This document shows positions 53,575-63,939 of a stretch of 64,000 nucleotides of DNA, one piece after another (the first letter of the stretch is position 1; each line of letters begins with the position of its first letter). Made by a program: the position numbers and the translations under genes. The notes under the pieces are model-generated. The model saw nothing but the letters and a program-made list of their open reading frames with translations. It made no database searches and was not told the origin of the DNA. Where the stretch lies: positions 239,229 through 303,228 of the forward strand of contig CAVYYI010000005.1 of NCBI GenBank assembly GCA_963772725.1, given 5' to 3'. The DNA is from an uncultured Phycisphaerales bacterium (GTDB lineage: Bacteria > Planctomycetota > Phycisphaerae > Sedimentisphaerales > Anaerobacaceae).

Positions 53575-54843
53575 TCAAATGTGCCATGGGGCACGTTTGG
53601 CACGTGATCGCATGCGATTAGCCTCATCGTCGCCGATAAATTCCTCGCGAACAGGGTCAAATGTAACTTTTCGTCCGAGCTGCCATGCAATCGCAGCCGC
53701 GTGACATGCAATGTGTGAATGACGCATCACATCCGCGTTGGCAGCCGTCAAAGCACGGGATTTTACGCAGTCAAAGAAATTACGCGTGTGCTGTTCTGGT
53801 GACGTTCCTTTTTCTGCAAAGGTTTTCCGCTCGCTGAGCAAGGACGCCGGATAATAATTAATATTCCCGTTGTCGCCCGTTTCAACCCAGCCCTGGTCAC
53901 CTTCGAATCTCACAGGGCAGGTGCCAAGACTTTTTGGCAAGCCTCCATAACAAATCACGAGTTTGACGCCGTTTGCATAGTGGGCAAAGATAGTTTTTCC
54001 AGATGGTTCAAATGTAACAGGAGTAGTGTCATCTGCGTTATTAGCCCACTGGCAAAGGTCGACTGTGTGTGCACCCCAGTCTACCAAGTGAGAACCTGCA
54101 TCAAAATCGAAATACCTCTTCCATGCGCCCTTAAGATAACTTTGGTTGTATGGTCGCCACGGCGACGGTCCAAGCCATCTGTCCCAATCCACCACGTCCT
54201 TTGGCGGTTCCGGTTCGGCCGGTAGCCAGTCATAGCGTAGATTGACGATATTAGCAGATGCGTGAAGAGTGTGCAGTTTACCCAACTTTCCGCTTCGAGC
54301 CAGATGGACAGCGAACCGGAAATTACTGATGCTGCGTCGCTGCGTTCCCGCCTGAAAAACCCGCCCGTAACGATTCATCGTATTTGCCAGATCCTGTGCT
54401 TCAGCCATCGTCAGCCCGCAGGGCTTTTCACTGTAAACGTCCTTCCCCGCTTTGGCCGCCAGTATAGATCCTAACGCATGCCACCTGTCGCCGGTCGCTA
54501 TCAGCACCGCGTCAATATCAGCCCGCCCCAACAGCTCGAACATATCCCGATACGCCGCACAATCCTTATTCCCATATTTGGTGTCAACCATCTCCTTCGC
54601 CTGCTGGCGACAGCTCGCCTGAACATCGCAAACCGCGACAAACCGCACATCAGCCTCATCAAGCATACAGCTCAAATCATGCCTGCCGCGATTGCCGATA
54701 CCTATCGCCCCCGCCGTAATCTTTTCACTTGGAGCAACAGCCCCATTTTTGCCCAGCACACTTGAGGGAATAAAGACTGGCAGCGCAATCGCAACAGCCG
54801 ATTTCTTCAAAAACCCCCGTCGATTAATTAATTGTCTCTTCAT
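53575..54843 (-). CDS. Tat-exported Gfo/Idh/MocA oxidoreductase (paralog 2a)
   Basis: Same motifs as paralog 1; DWGAH. Confidence 0.92.
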   Translation of the reverse strand: MKRQLINRRGFLKKSAVAIALPVFIPSSVLGKNGAVAPSEKITAGAIGIGNRGRHDLSCMLDEADVRFVAVCDVQASCRQQAKEMVDTKYGNKDCAAYRDMFELLGRADIDAVLIATGDRWHALGSILAAKAGKDVYSEKPCGLTMAEAQDLANTMNRYGRVFQAGTQRRSISNFRFAVHLARSGKLGKLHTLHASANIVNLRYDWLPAEPEPPKDVVDWDRWLGPSPWRPYNQSYLKGAWKRYFDFDAGSHLVDWGAHTVDLCQWANNADDTTPVTFEPSGKTIFAHYANGVKLVICYGGLPKSLGTCPVRFEGDQGWVETGDNGNINYYPASLLSERKTFAEKGTSPEQHTRNFFDCVKSRALTAANADVMRHSHIACHAAAIAWQLGRKVTFDPVREEFIGDDEANRMRSRAKRAPWHI

Positions 54844-54885
54844 ATCTTTGCCTCTTTCTTAATTTTTCAAATCCTTTTATTTTTT

Positions 54886-56154
54886 TCAAATGTGCCATGG
54901 GGCACGTTTGGCACGTGATCGCATGCGATTAGCCTCATCGTCGCCGATAAATTCCTCGCGAACAGGGTCAAATGTAACTTTTCGTCCGAGCTGCCATGCA
55001 ATCGCAGCCGCGTGACATGCAATGTGTGAATGACGCATCACATCCGCGTTGGCAGCCGTCAAAGCACGGGATTTTACGCAGTCAAAGAAATTACGCGTGT
55101 GCTGTTCTGGTGACGTTCCTTTTTCTGCAAAGGTTTTCCGCTCGCTGAGCAAGGACGCCGGATAATAATTAATATTCCCGTTGTCGCCCGTTTCAACCCA
55201 GCCCTGGTCACCTTCGAATCTCACAGGGCAGGTGCCAAGACTTTTTGGCAAGCCTCCATAACAAATCACGAGTTTGACGCCGTTTGCATAGTGGGCAAAG
55301 ATAGTTTTTCCAGATGGTTCAAATGTAACAGGAGTAGTGTCATCTGCGTTATTAGCCCACTGGCAAAGGTCGACTGTGTGTGCACCCCAGTCTACCAAGT
55401 GAGAACCTGCATCAAAATCGAAATACCTCTTCCATGCGCCCTTAAGATAACTTTGGTTGTATGGTCGCCACGGCGACGGTCCAAGCCATCTGTCCCAATC
55501 CACCACGTCCTTTGGCGGTTCCGGTTCGGGCGGTAGCCAGTCATAGCGTAGATTGACGATATTAGCAGATGCGTGAAGAGTGTGCAGTTTACCCAACTTT
55601 CCGCTTCGAGCCAGATGGACAGCGAACCGGAAATTACTGATGCTGCGTCGCTGCGTTCCCGCCTGAAAAACCCGCCCGTAACGATTCATCGTATTTGCCA
55701 GATCCTGTGCTTCAGCCATCGTCAGCCCGCAGGGCTTTTCACTGTAAACGTCCTTCCCCGCTTTGGCCGCCAGTATAGATCCTAACGCATGCCACCTGTC
55801 GCCGGTCGCTATCAGCACCGCGTCAATATCAGCCCGCCCCAACAGCTCGAACATATCCCGATACGCCGCACAATCCTTATTCCCATATTTGGTGTCAACC
55901 ATCTCCTTCGCCTGCTGGCGACAGCTCGCCTGAACATCGCAAACCGCGACAAACCGCACATCAGCCTCATCAAGCATACAGCTCAAATCATGCCTGCCGC
56001 GATTGCCGATACCTATCGCCCCCGCCGTAATCTTTTCACTTGGAGCAACAGCCCCATTTTTGCCCAGCACACTTGAGGGAATAAAGACCGGCAGCGCAAT
56101 CGCAACAGCCGATTTCTTCAAAAACCCCCGTCGATTAATTAATTGTCTCTTCAT
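54886..56154 (-). CDS. Tat-exported Gfo/Idh/MocA oxidoreductase (paralog 2b)
   Basis: Differs from 2a at one residue (LPAEPE vs LPPEPE). Confidence 0.9.
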   Translation of the reverse strand: MKRQLINRRGFLKKSAVAIALPVFIPSSVLGKNGAVAPSEKITAGAIGIGNRGRHDLSCMLDEADVRFVAVCDVQASCRQQAKEMVDTKYGNKDCAAYRDMFELLGRADIDAVLIATGDRWHALGSILAAKAGKDVYSEKPCGLTMAEAQDLANTMNRYGRVFQAGTQRRSISNFRFAVHLARSGKLGKLHTLHASANIVNLRYDWLPPEPEPPKDVVDWDRWLGPSPWRPYNQSYLKGAWKRYFDFDAGSHLVDWGAHTVDLCQWANNADDTTPVTFEPSGKTIFAHYANGVKLVICYGGLPKSLGTCPVRFEGDQGWVETGDNGNINYYPASLLSERKTFAEKGTSPEQHTRNFFDCVKSRALTAANADVMRHSHIACHAAAIAWQLGRKVTFDPVREEFIGDDEANRMRSRAKRAPWHI

Positions 56155-56223
56155 ATCTTTGCCTCTTCCTTAATTTTTCTTTATTTTTTTATTGTTCTGT
56201 AAACTAAAATGCGAAGGATAAAA

Positions 56224-56259
56224 ATGGATAATATTGACTAATATATGCCATTTTTTGAC
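56224..56259 (-). promoter_or_regulatory. AraC-type operator/promoter, copy C
   Basis: ATGGATAATATTGAC (56224) and ATGCCATTTTTTGAC (56245), 21-bp period; TAGTTT 17 bp downstream on the minus strand. Confidence 0.7.
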
Positions 56260-56513
56260 TTTTCATCCGCTTAAGGTTATATATTTTTATCATCTCTTTT
56301 CCATTATCCAGCTTCAAAAAACAAGGCCATTCCATAGCACTCTACCACCATTTTACAGAAAATGATGATAACCGTAAAAAAATCCACCTCACTACTTAAT
56401 AATCCTTTCTCTTACATACTCATTCCTACTATTTAGGTTAAGTGTATATAACCGATTTGCAACGTACCATACATCGCAATAATAAACGGCAACTTTTTTC
56501 TATTGGTTAATAG

Positions 56514-56844
56514 CCACTTTCAGTTTACAAATTTCAAGCATATCCAGTCAATATATAATCACATAAAATCACTACAAATATATATCGCTCACGATTTTGA
56601 TTACAGCCAAACGCCTTAAGAGCCTCTAACGGGAAAAGTACAAATGCCTGTTTTGACACTAAAAACGCTATTTTTATTCATTATATTAGAGGTTCTAAAG
56701 ATTTTTATCACCGTATTTAGCATGTTTATAAAATAATAAATTGACATAAATTTTTTTTGGTTATACTGAAGTGATTGTAAGTTATTATTTGAAAGATAAA
56801 TGCTTATGCTACAGTCATATAGGTATGAACAGATCATATCTTAC
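56514..56844 (+). repeat. Left copy of a ~331-bp inverted repeat (DeoR promoter plus first codons)
   Basis: Reverse complement of 63468-63799 with roughly ten differences; contains TTGACA..TATACT and MLMLQSYRYEQIISY. Confidence 0.9.
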
Positions 56845-57426
56845 ATTGTCCCTAACAAATATTGCATCCTGTAGCGTGAAACATTAAATTAGCTATATTG
56901 TTTGACATTTTCCTAAGAGCCTAAAAGCAAATTCATCAAGGAAAATTGCCCGAATGGTTAACGGAAAGCCGAAAAACAACAGATTTTGATTATATGGGCA
57001 GACCTCGGCTATGTTGGTGGTAATGGTTTACTTGGACATAATTATAGAGGCATATCCGAATCTTTGCGATAGGCTGGTTTATCTCAGCCAGCCGTTGCCG
57101 GATAATCCCGATTTTTCTAGTGTATCGTTTGTTTGGAGGGCTTAAGGAAGCAATAAATACGTGTTTTTGGCAACACAAGGATTTGCCAAGAAAAAGCTTA
57201 TGGTAAAAGCCCTAAGTTTGAGAAACATTTGTACTTGACAGATAGCCGATTGTTGACAATTATGTAACGAAGGTTATTGAATTTAATTATAAGAATGTTA
57301 TACATTTGCAGAAAATAAAAACAGATAAAAGGATAAGCCGTATTTTAATCATAAACGCAATACTTCCAGATTAAAATTTTGGCTGGAATTAAAAAGCTTA
57401 GGTGCTTAGCCAAGCTTTTGATAGGT

Positions 57427-57442
57427 GAGACCTCTGAAAAAC
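57427..57442 (+). mobile_element. Possible orphan IS5-like terminal repeat
   Basis: GAGACCTCTGAAAAAC resembles IS5-type ends and precedes a 5'-truncated gene; no partner end found. Confidence 0.35.
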
Positions 57443-57585
57443 TATGACTTGTAAAATTGTAGCCGTTCAGGCCGTCAATTTGCTTGAGGCAATAGTGATG
57501 GAGTAGAAGTTTGGAAATAATAGGCGGAAATGGCGTTTTGAAGGAATTGCCAACTGGAGCGGCCCTGCTTAAGGCAGGTGTCCAG

Positions 57586-57954
57586 AACCGTTCCATGCCA
57601 CCTGTTCCGGTTAGAGATAAAAGGAAAATGGAAGCTGATGGATATATTGAAAACTGGATATGCTATAAGTCAGAATCCTTCAGCGCCAAAGAGCTTACCG
57701 TTTTGCCTGGACGTATAGTAACTATTAAAGACAATGCCGCTTATGGTATGATTATGATGCAGGGACACGGGAGAATGGGCCTGTGGGATATTGAGACTCC
57801 TGCCCTGATACGATTTGGTCAGTTGACGCATGATGAGTACTTCGTTAGTGAACATGCTGCCGCGGAAGGTGTGAAAATCGCAAATTTATCAAAGACCGAC
57901 CCAATCGTAATGCTTAAGCACTTTGGCCCTGAGAATCCGGATTTAAATTTGTAA
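57586..57954 (+). pseudogene. C-terminal fragment of a conserved cupin-like hypothetical protein
   Basis: FSAKELTVLPG, GMIMMQGHG, IRFGQLTHDEYFV, MLKHFGP; no credible start or SD. Confidence 0.55.
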
Positions 57955-57999
57955 ACAATAGGAACCTTAATTTAACCTTATAATCAGGAGATATATATT

Positions 58000-58901
58000 A
58001 TGAAAAAAATATCAATTGGAACATGGGCATATTCTATCGGTCCATACGCAGACAGTCCGGTACCATGGGACCAGGTAATTGGAAAACTAAAAAAACTGGG
58101 TTTTGACGGGGTGGAATTAGGAGGTTTTTCCATACACCCAAATCCAGACAATATGCCGACGAAGGAACAACGTGATTCCTGTAAGGAGCAGATGAAAAAA
58201 ATCGGTCTTGAATGGTCTGGTTTGGCTCCGATTTGTGGAGTCAGCACCTTATTGACGCGGATGACAATTCAGCCTACCTCAAGTGTTTTCGCAAGAATCT
58301 CCAGTTCTGCGTTGACCTTGGGATTCCTGCTATTCGAGTGGATACTGTTCAGCCGCCCACAATTTTTGATAAAATTGACGCTGATATCGCGAGGAAGCGT
58401 GTTGTAGATACCTGGAAGATTTGTGCAGACGAGGCAGCCGACAGCGGTGTACGTTTGACATGGGAATTTGAGCCGGGCTTCGCATTTAATAAACCATCGG
58501 ACATTTTACAGATAACTGATGAGGTCAACCACGATAATTTTGGAGTATTATTCGACTCATCTCATGGTTACACAGTTGCTGTAGCAGGCGCCAGACAGCC
58601 TGGCAAAAAAGAAACTTTGCCAGGCGGAGCACTTGAACTGGCCAGAAAGCTTCGTGGAAAAATCAATCATATCCATCTGATTGATTCCGACGGTACGCTG
58701 CACCATGATGAAACATCGACTCACGTGCCGTTTGGTGAAGGTTTGGTAGATTTCGATGCCCTGCTGCCTGAGCTCGCAAAAAATGATATGGGGCATAATT
58801 GGTGGACGATTGATTTGTGCTTCTGGCCCGATGCATGGGACATCACCGAGAAATGCAAAAAGGCAGTCGATGTCTTTAACAAAAAGTACGGAAACATATA
58901 G
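58000..58901 (+). CDS. Sugar phosphate isomerase/epimerase TIM barrel (frameshift near 58225)
   Basis: GFDGVEL in 58000..58407; WEFEP, FDSSH, HIHLIDSDG, HVPFGEG in 58212..58901. AGGAG SD. Confidence 0.88.
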
Positions 58902-58939
58902 GTTAATGAGTTTGTGGCAGATAACTGAGGAGATATTTT

Positions 58940-60082
58940 ATGGACAAGAAAATAAATATCGGGATGATAGGATGCGGTTTTATGGGGCGTGTTCATTCAA
59001 ATGCATATTGTAAAATCAACAAGTTCTTTACTATCGGGCACAAGCCTGTCCTTAAAGTTGTGTGCGATAATAATGAAGATAAAGTCAAAAAATTTGCCGA
59101 TAACTGGGGCTGGGAGAACTCCGAGACTGACTGGCGCAAAGTGATTGCTCGAGACGATGTTGACCTTATTGACATCTGCACACCCAATAATACTCATTAT
59201 GATATTGTAATGGCAGCTGCAAAAGCGGGCAAAATTATAGTGTGTGAAAAACCCCTTGCAATGAACGCTCAGGAAGCAAAGGTTATGACTGAGGTTGTCG
59301 AAAAAACCGGCAAGCCGAATATGGTTTGGTTTAATTACCGTCGCGTACCGGCTATAACCCTGGCTAAGCAGCTTGTGGAACAGGGTGCTCTCGGGCGAAT
59401 TTTTCATTATCGGGCAAAGTATCTGCAAGACTGGACTATCAGTCCAGGTCTTCCGCAAGGCGGCGATGCCTTGTGGCGATTGGACGGGAAAGCAACCGGC
59501 AGCGGAGTTACCGGAGATTTGCTGTCACACTCGATAGATTTGGCCTTGTGGCTAAATGGACGCATATCTTCGGTTTCTGCCATGACCGAGACATTTATTA
59601 AGGAAAGGAAGCTGCAGAATGAACCGGACAAGGTTATGCCGGTAACCATTGACGATTACTGCGCATTTTTGGCTCGATTTGAAAATGGTGCATTGGGTAC
59701 ATTTGAGTCTACCCGTTATGCCTGCGGCAGAAAGAATCAGAATACTTTTGAAATCAACGGCGACAAAGGCTCGATAGCGTTTGACCTGGAAAATGCCAAT
59801 GAGCTGCAATATTATAATCACAAGGATGAGAGTTCCGTGCGAGGCTGGCGCAATATCCGGGTCTGGGATACCGACCATCCTTATATGAAACACTGGTGGG
59901 TGCCGGGATGCGGGATTGGTTACGAGCACTGGCATATCCATGCTCTTGCTGATTTCATTGAGGGCATTGAGAAAGGTAAAAAGGCCTGCCCCGATTTTAG
60001 CGATGGATTAGCTGTGCAATATGTATGTGACGCGGTACTTCGTTCGGCCAATAATAAAAAATGGGAAACGATCATATTGTAA
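58940..60082 (+). CDS. Cytoplasmic Gfo/Idh/MocA oxidoreductase
   Basis: [25 protein letters not shown]. Confidence 0.93.
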   Translation: MDKKINIGMIGCGFMGRVHSNAYCKINKFFTIGHKPVLKVVCDNNEDKVKKFADNWGWENSETDWRKVIARDDVDLIDICTPNNTHYDIVMAAAKAGKIIVCEKPLAMNAQEAKVMTEVVEKTGKPNMVWFNYRRVPAITLAKQLVEQGALGRIFHYRAKYLQDWTISPGLPQGGDALWRLDGKATGSGVTGDLLSHSIDLALWLNGRISSVSAMTETFIKERKLQNEPDKVMPVTIDDYCAFLARFENGALGTFESTRYACGRKNQNTFEINGDKGSIAFDLENANELQYYNHKDESSVRGWRNIRVWDTDHPYMKHWWVPGCGIGYEHWHIHALADFIEGIEKGKKACPDFSDGLAVQYVCDAVLRSANNKKWETIIL

Positions 60083-60131
60083 AATAATTTAGCAAAAACC
60101 TGAATTTATGCTACTTTGTAATGGAGCGACT

Positions 60132-61198
60132 ATGAATAAGAAAAGATTTCAATGGCAGGATAGGGTTGGAAATTATCTGCAACTCGGCGGTATTGAGACA
60201 TCAACAATTGATGACGGTCGAGGCAGGGGATGCAGGATTGCATGGGTAAATACAGGAACAGGCCTTCGTTATAAAGTGGTTATCGACAGATGTCTCGATA
60301 TAGCGGACGCCTTTTATAACCAATATAGTCTTGCATGGCTAAGTCATGGTGGAATTACAGCTGCAAGGCCTGATGCGAACCAAGGTTTTGAATGGCTTTA
60401 TACTTTTGGGGGCGGGTTATTAACTACATGCGGTTTGACTCATGTCGGGGGGCCTGAGTCAGATGAAACTGAGCAGCGGGGTATTCATGGAAGGATAAGT
60501 AATATACCTGCCCAAATCGAATCTATTATCCAGCCAGATATTAAGTCAGGCAAACTTCAAATGAGCATAACCGCGGTTATGAAAGAATCCAAAGTATTCG
60601 GCCCCAGCCTGGAACTGAGGCGCACTATCACAAGCTCTTTAGGCTGTCCATCAATAAAAATTACAGACAAAATTACAAATTTCGGCAATAAGGCGACGCC
60701 TCACATGTTTCTGTATCATTGCAATTTCGGCTGGCCTTTAGCTGACCAGGGGGCGGATATAGTTTGGAGAGGCAACTGGCAAAGCGCAGGCCGCGAGCAG
60801 GACAATATGATTTTCAGTTCAAAGAACGATTTTCGAAAATGCGGTAAACCTTTGCAAAATCATTGCGGTAACGGCGAAGCAGTTGCTTTCATTGATATAG
60901 AACCCGACAGAAGAGGGTTCTGTTCTGCAGGGCTGTATAACTCAAAATTAAATCTCGCGGTTTCCCTTAAATTTAAGAAAAAACAATTGCCTTGGCTTAC
61001 CAACTGGCAGCACTGGGCGCCGGGAGAATATGTAACAGGTATTGAGCCGGGTACCAATCCTCCTATTGGTCAAAATAATGCAAAGAAACAGAAAGAACTT
61101 ATTTATATAGCACCGGTAAAAGCAGAGATTATGAACTTGAGATTTCGGTATTAACAGAACGAAAACAAATAAACGATTTTCTTAATAAAGCGAGATAA
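60132..61198 (+). CDS. Aldose-1-epimerase-like protein (DUF4432 type); frameshift near 61115
   Basis: DRCLDI, FGGGLLTTCGL, HGRISN, LYHCNFGWP, YVTGIEPGT; the shifted tail reads PGKSRDYELEISVL to TAA 61196-61198. Confidence 0.85.
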
Positions 61199-61203
61199 AC
61201 AGA

Positions 61204-61241
61204 ATGTCTGAACATATTTTTACAGATTTTGGTTTTGGCCT
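61204..61241 (+). pseudogene. First ~12 codons of a dehydrogenase-like gene cut by the IS3 remnant
   Basis: MSEHIFTDFGFG follows the epimerase in operon position; very short. Confidence 0.4.
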
Positions 61242-61517
61242 ATACCTTCTCTTCGACAAATTACCGAGATAGACTGTTCGCCTCTGAAACCTTCGAGAAC
61301 AATACGGATTTTCTCATCTGCGGAGAATTTCCTACGAGTTGCCTTTCTGATTTGCGTTATTACGTCCTTTGACTTTGCCATTTTCGTATCCTTTCAGGGC
61401 TATTGTGAACAATTATGGGGCCGAAACCATCGATTTCAAGAGGGTTTCCTTGCCCCCCCTTGAAACTCTTTCTTAACCAAATGTCTCAAACTGTGCCACT
61501 TTTGCTGACATCAGACA
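61242..61517 (-). mobile_element. Truncated IS3-family element (left end plus partial OrfA)
   Basis: End TGTCTGATGTCAGCAAAAGTGGCACA; from ATG 61381 MAKSKDVITQIRKATRRKFSADEKIRIVLEGFRGEQSISVICRREGI. Confidence 0.8.
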
Positions 61518-61519
61518 GA

Positions 61520-61656
61520 AAATCACAGAAAATTTAATTGGCATAATCGGAGGCACTGGCCTGGGTGACGCTCTTGTAGCGGATATTAAAAACGCGGAAC
61601 TTCGCAATATCCGAACACCTTTTGGTAAAACCAGTTACAGTATTATGGTTGGGGCG
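61520..61656 (+). pseudogene. N-terminal fragment of methylthioadenosine/purine nucleoside phosphorylase
   Basis: ENLIGIIGGTGLGDAL...IRTPFGKTS. Confidence 0.65.
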
Positions 61657-62344
61657 TAAAGGACGGAACAATAATGGAGTAGCAAAACATTCTTGCTATT
61701 TACTCACCGCTCTTACAGCCAGCCCTGATGAACTTGATGTCATAGCCTTGATACTGCTGGAGAATCTGGTCAGGAGCATCCGTTATAAGAACATCGATTT
61801 TATCCAGGCTGCACACGTGCGACATAGCATGTTTCCCGAATTTACTGTGGTCTGCGAGGATGATGACCTGTTGCGCATTTTCGATCATTACTTGCTCAGT
61901 CTTTACGACCAAAATCATTCGTGTTAAAAATGCCATCTGGACTGATTCCGCCTGCGGAAAGAAAGGCACATTCAGCATGATAATGTCTTAACGATTCTTC
62001 AGTATTTGGGCCTATCAGTATTCCAGATTTTGAATGGATAAACCCGCCGGTGAGGTATATTTCCATGTCCGAATTTTCCATCCTTTTCTCTTCCAGTAGA
62101 ACTGCAAGTCTTAAGGAATTTGTGATTATTTTTACCTGCATTTTGGCAAGATGCAAACCCATATGAAAGGTAGTGGTGCCACCATCTATGAATATCGCAT
62201 GACCGGGTTTTACGAGGCTTGCCGCTTTTTGTGCAATTGCTGCTTTTTCTGCGGAGTACTGGATTTGCCTGAGAGCAAAGGGAGAAAGTCCGTCGATTTT
62301 GCTTGTTCGCAACCTGAGCGAACCTCTTTCTCTTTTTACTAGTT

Positions 62345-63360
62345 AACCTGAACTTTGGATAAGGATATAGAAAAACGGCCTGTCTGCCGAAGGAAATAAT
62401 ATTGTTGTCACTAAAATATTATTGACCCTTAGGCAAAGGAGGCCGTCAAATGCTGGATTTTACCACATTATTTGTAGATGTCGATGATTGTTGGAAAGTT
62501 TTTCAAAAAATTTATAATAAACACCTGCTCGATGATGGAACTATCCGGCGTAACAGGGATTGCAACTTAAGTATCAGTGAGATTATGACTATTATAATTG
62601 GCTTCCAAACAAGCGGTTTTCGTACTTTTAAGGCATACTATCAGTATGTTCTCAAGCATCACAGATGCGATTTCCCCGATTTGGTCAGCTATGATAGATT
62701 TGTTTATCTTATTCCCAGGTCAGTTATTCCGATGTTTGTCTATTTACAGAGTTGCGGCATTGATAAACCGACAGGCATCTCTTTTATTGACAGTACATCT
62801 CTTAAAGTCTGTCATAACAAGCGAATCTGCCGTCACCGCGTTTTTGACGGTTTGGCTGCAATCGGGAAGACCACAATGGGATGGTTTTATGGCTTTAAGC
62901 TTCACCTTATAATAAATGAGTGCGGCGGATTATTGTCTTATCGGCTGACTGCTGGTAATGTTGCTGACAGCCGGATGGCAGAGCCTATGACAAAGGGTTT
63001 GTTTGGAAAGCTCTTTGGAGACAAGGGTTATATAGGCAAAGGCCTGTTTGAAAAGCTGCTGAGCAAAGGCGTCAAATTGATAACCAATGTTCGTAAGAAT
63101 ATGAAATCCTGCCTGATGGAATTGGAGGATAAGATTTTGTTGAGAAAACGTTCACTGATTGAAACCGTAAATGATACGCTGAAAAATGTCTGCCAGATTG
63201 AGCATTCTCGGCATCGCAGCCCGATTAATTTTCTGGCACATTTGATAGCCGGTCTGATAGCCTATACGAGACTGCCGAAAAAACCTTCGCTAAAAATAGA
63301 AAGTATCAAATATCAGTCAGGAAAAAGTGTTTATCTCATTGCTTAAACAAAGTTCAGGTT
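62345..63360 (+). mobile_element. IS982-family insertion sequence (copy 2)
   Basis: Same 13-bp inverted repeats as copy 1; 7-bp target duplication ACTAGTT at 62338-62344 and 63361-63367. Confidence 0.93.
62450..63346 (+). CDS. IS982-family transposase
   Basis: Diverged isoform of 37428..38327 with the same DDE motifs. Confidence 0.95.
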   Translation: MLDFTTLFVDVDDCWKVFQKIYNKHLLDDGTIRRNRDCNLSISEIMTIIIGFQTSGFRTFKAYYQYVLKHHRCDFPDLVSYDRFVYLIPRSVIPMFVYLQSCGIDKPTGISFIDSTSLKVCHNKRICRHRVFDGLAAIGKTTMGWFYGFKLHLIINECGGLLSYRLTAGNVADSRMAEPMTKGLFGKLFGDKGYIGKGLFEKLLSKGVKLITNVRKNMKSCLMELEDKILLRKRSLIETVNDTLKNVCQIEHSRHRSPINFLAHLIAGLIAYTRLPKKPSLKIESIKYQSGKSVYLIA

Positions 63361-63467
63361 ACTAGTTCATTTTGAGCTAGTGTACTAAAGTCCCGACGCA
63401 CCGTAGCTGGACTTGCTTGGAACATGTTAACGGCTTGGTCGACCGTTAAATAATCATGATTAAGCAG

Positions 63468-63799
63468 GTAAGATATGATCTGTTCATACCTATATGACTG
63501 TAGCATAAGCATTTATCTTTCAAATAATAACTTACAATCACTTCAGTATAACCAAAAAAAATTTTATGTCAATTTATTATTCTATAAACATGCTAAATAC
63601 GGTGATAAAAATCTTTAGAACCTCTAATATAATGAACAAAAATAGCGTTTTTAGTGTCAAAACAGGCATTTGTACTTTTCCCGTTAGAGGCTCTTAAGGC
63701 GTTTAGCTGCAATCAAAATCGTGAGCGATATATATTTGCAGTGATTGTGTGTGATTATATATTGACTGGATATGCTTGAAACTGGTAAACTGAAAGTGG
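63468..63799 (-). repeat. Right copy of the ~331-bp inverted repeat (native DeoR promoter)
   Basis: Reverse complement of 56514-56844. Confidence 0.9.
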
Positions 63800-63939
63800 A
63801 AGTGTTTGCCATAGGTTAAGGAGAAAATACGTGGTAAATGAGGTATTAAATTATCATAATAATATCAACACGCATCATCTGAATGAAAAACATAATCTCA
63901 TAACCTGTTGGTTTTTATATATAACGGCGCCTTGAAAAT

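Larger units (their letters stand above)
53389..56167. repeat. Tandem direct repeat, 1311-bp unit (2 copies plus 157 bp)
   Basis: Start codons at 53532, 54843 and 56154 are exactly 1311 apart; only two differences noticed (54219/55530 and 54778/56089). Confidence 0.92.
61700..63506 (-). pseudogene. DeoR/GlpR family regulator interrupted by IS982 (plus a frameshift near 61910)
   Basis: MLQSYRYEQII...SPATVRRDF..LAQNELV|IS|KRERG...EKAAIA, IDGGTTT, ITNSL, LTGG, ADHSKFG. Confidence 0.9.

Noticed and set aside
56940..57120. IS5-like transposase remnant (IWADLGYVG)
   Set aside because: Only one short motif in a stop-riddled region; not enough to annotate.
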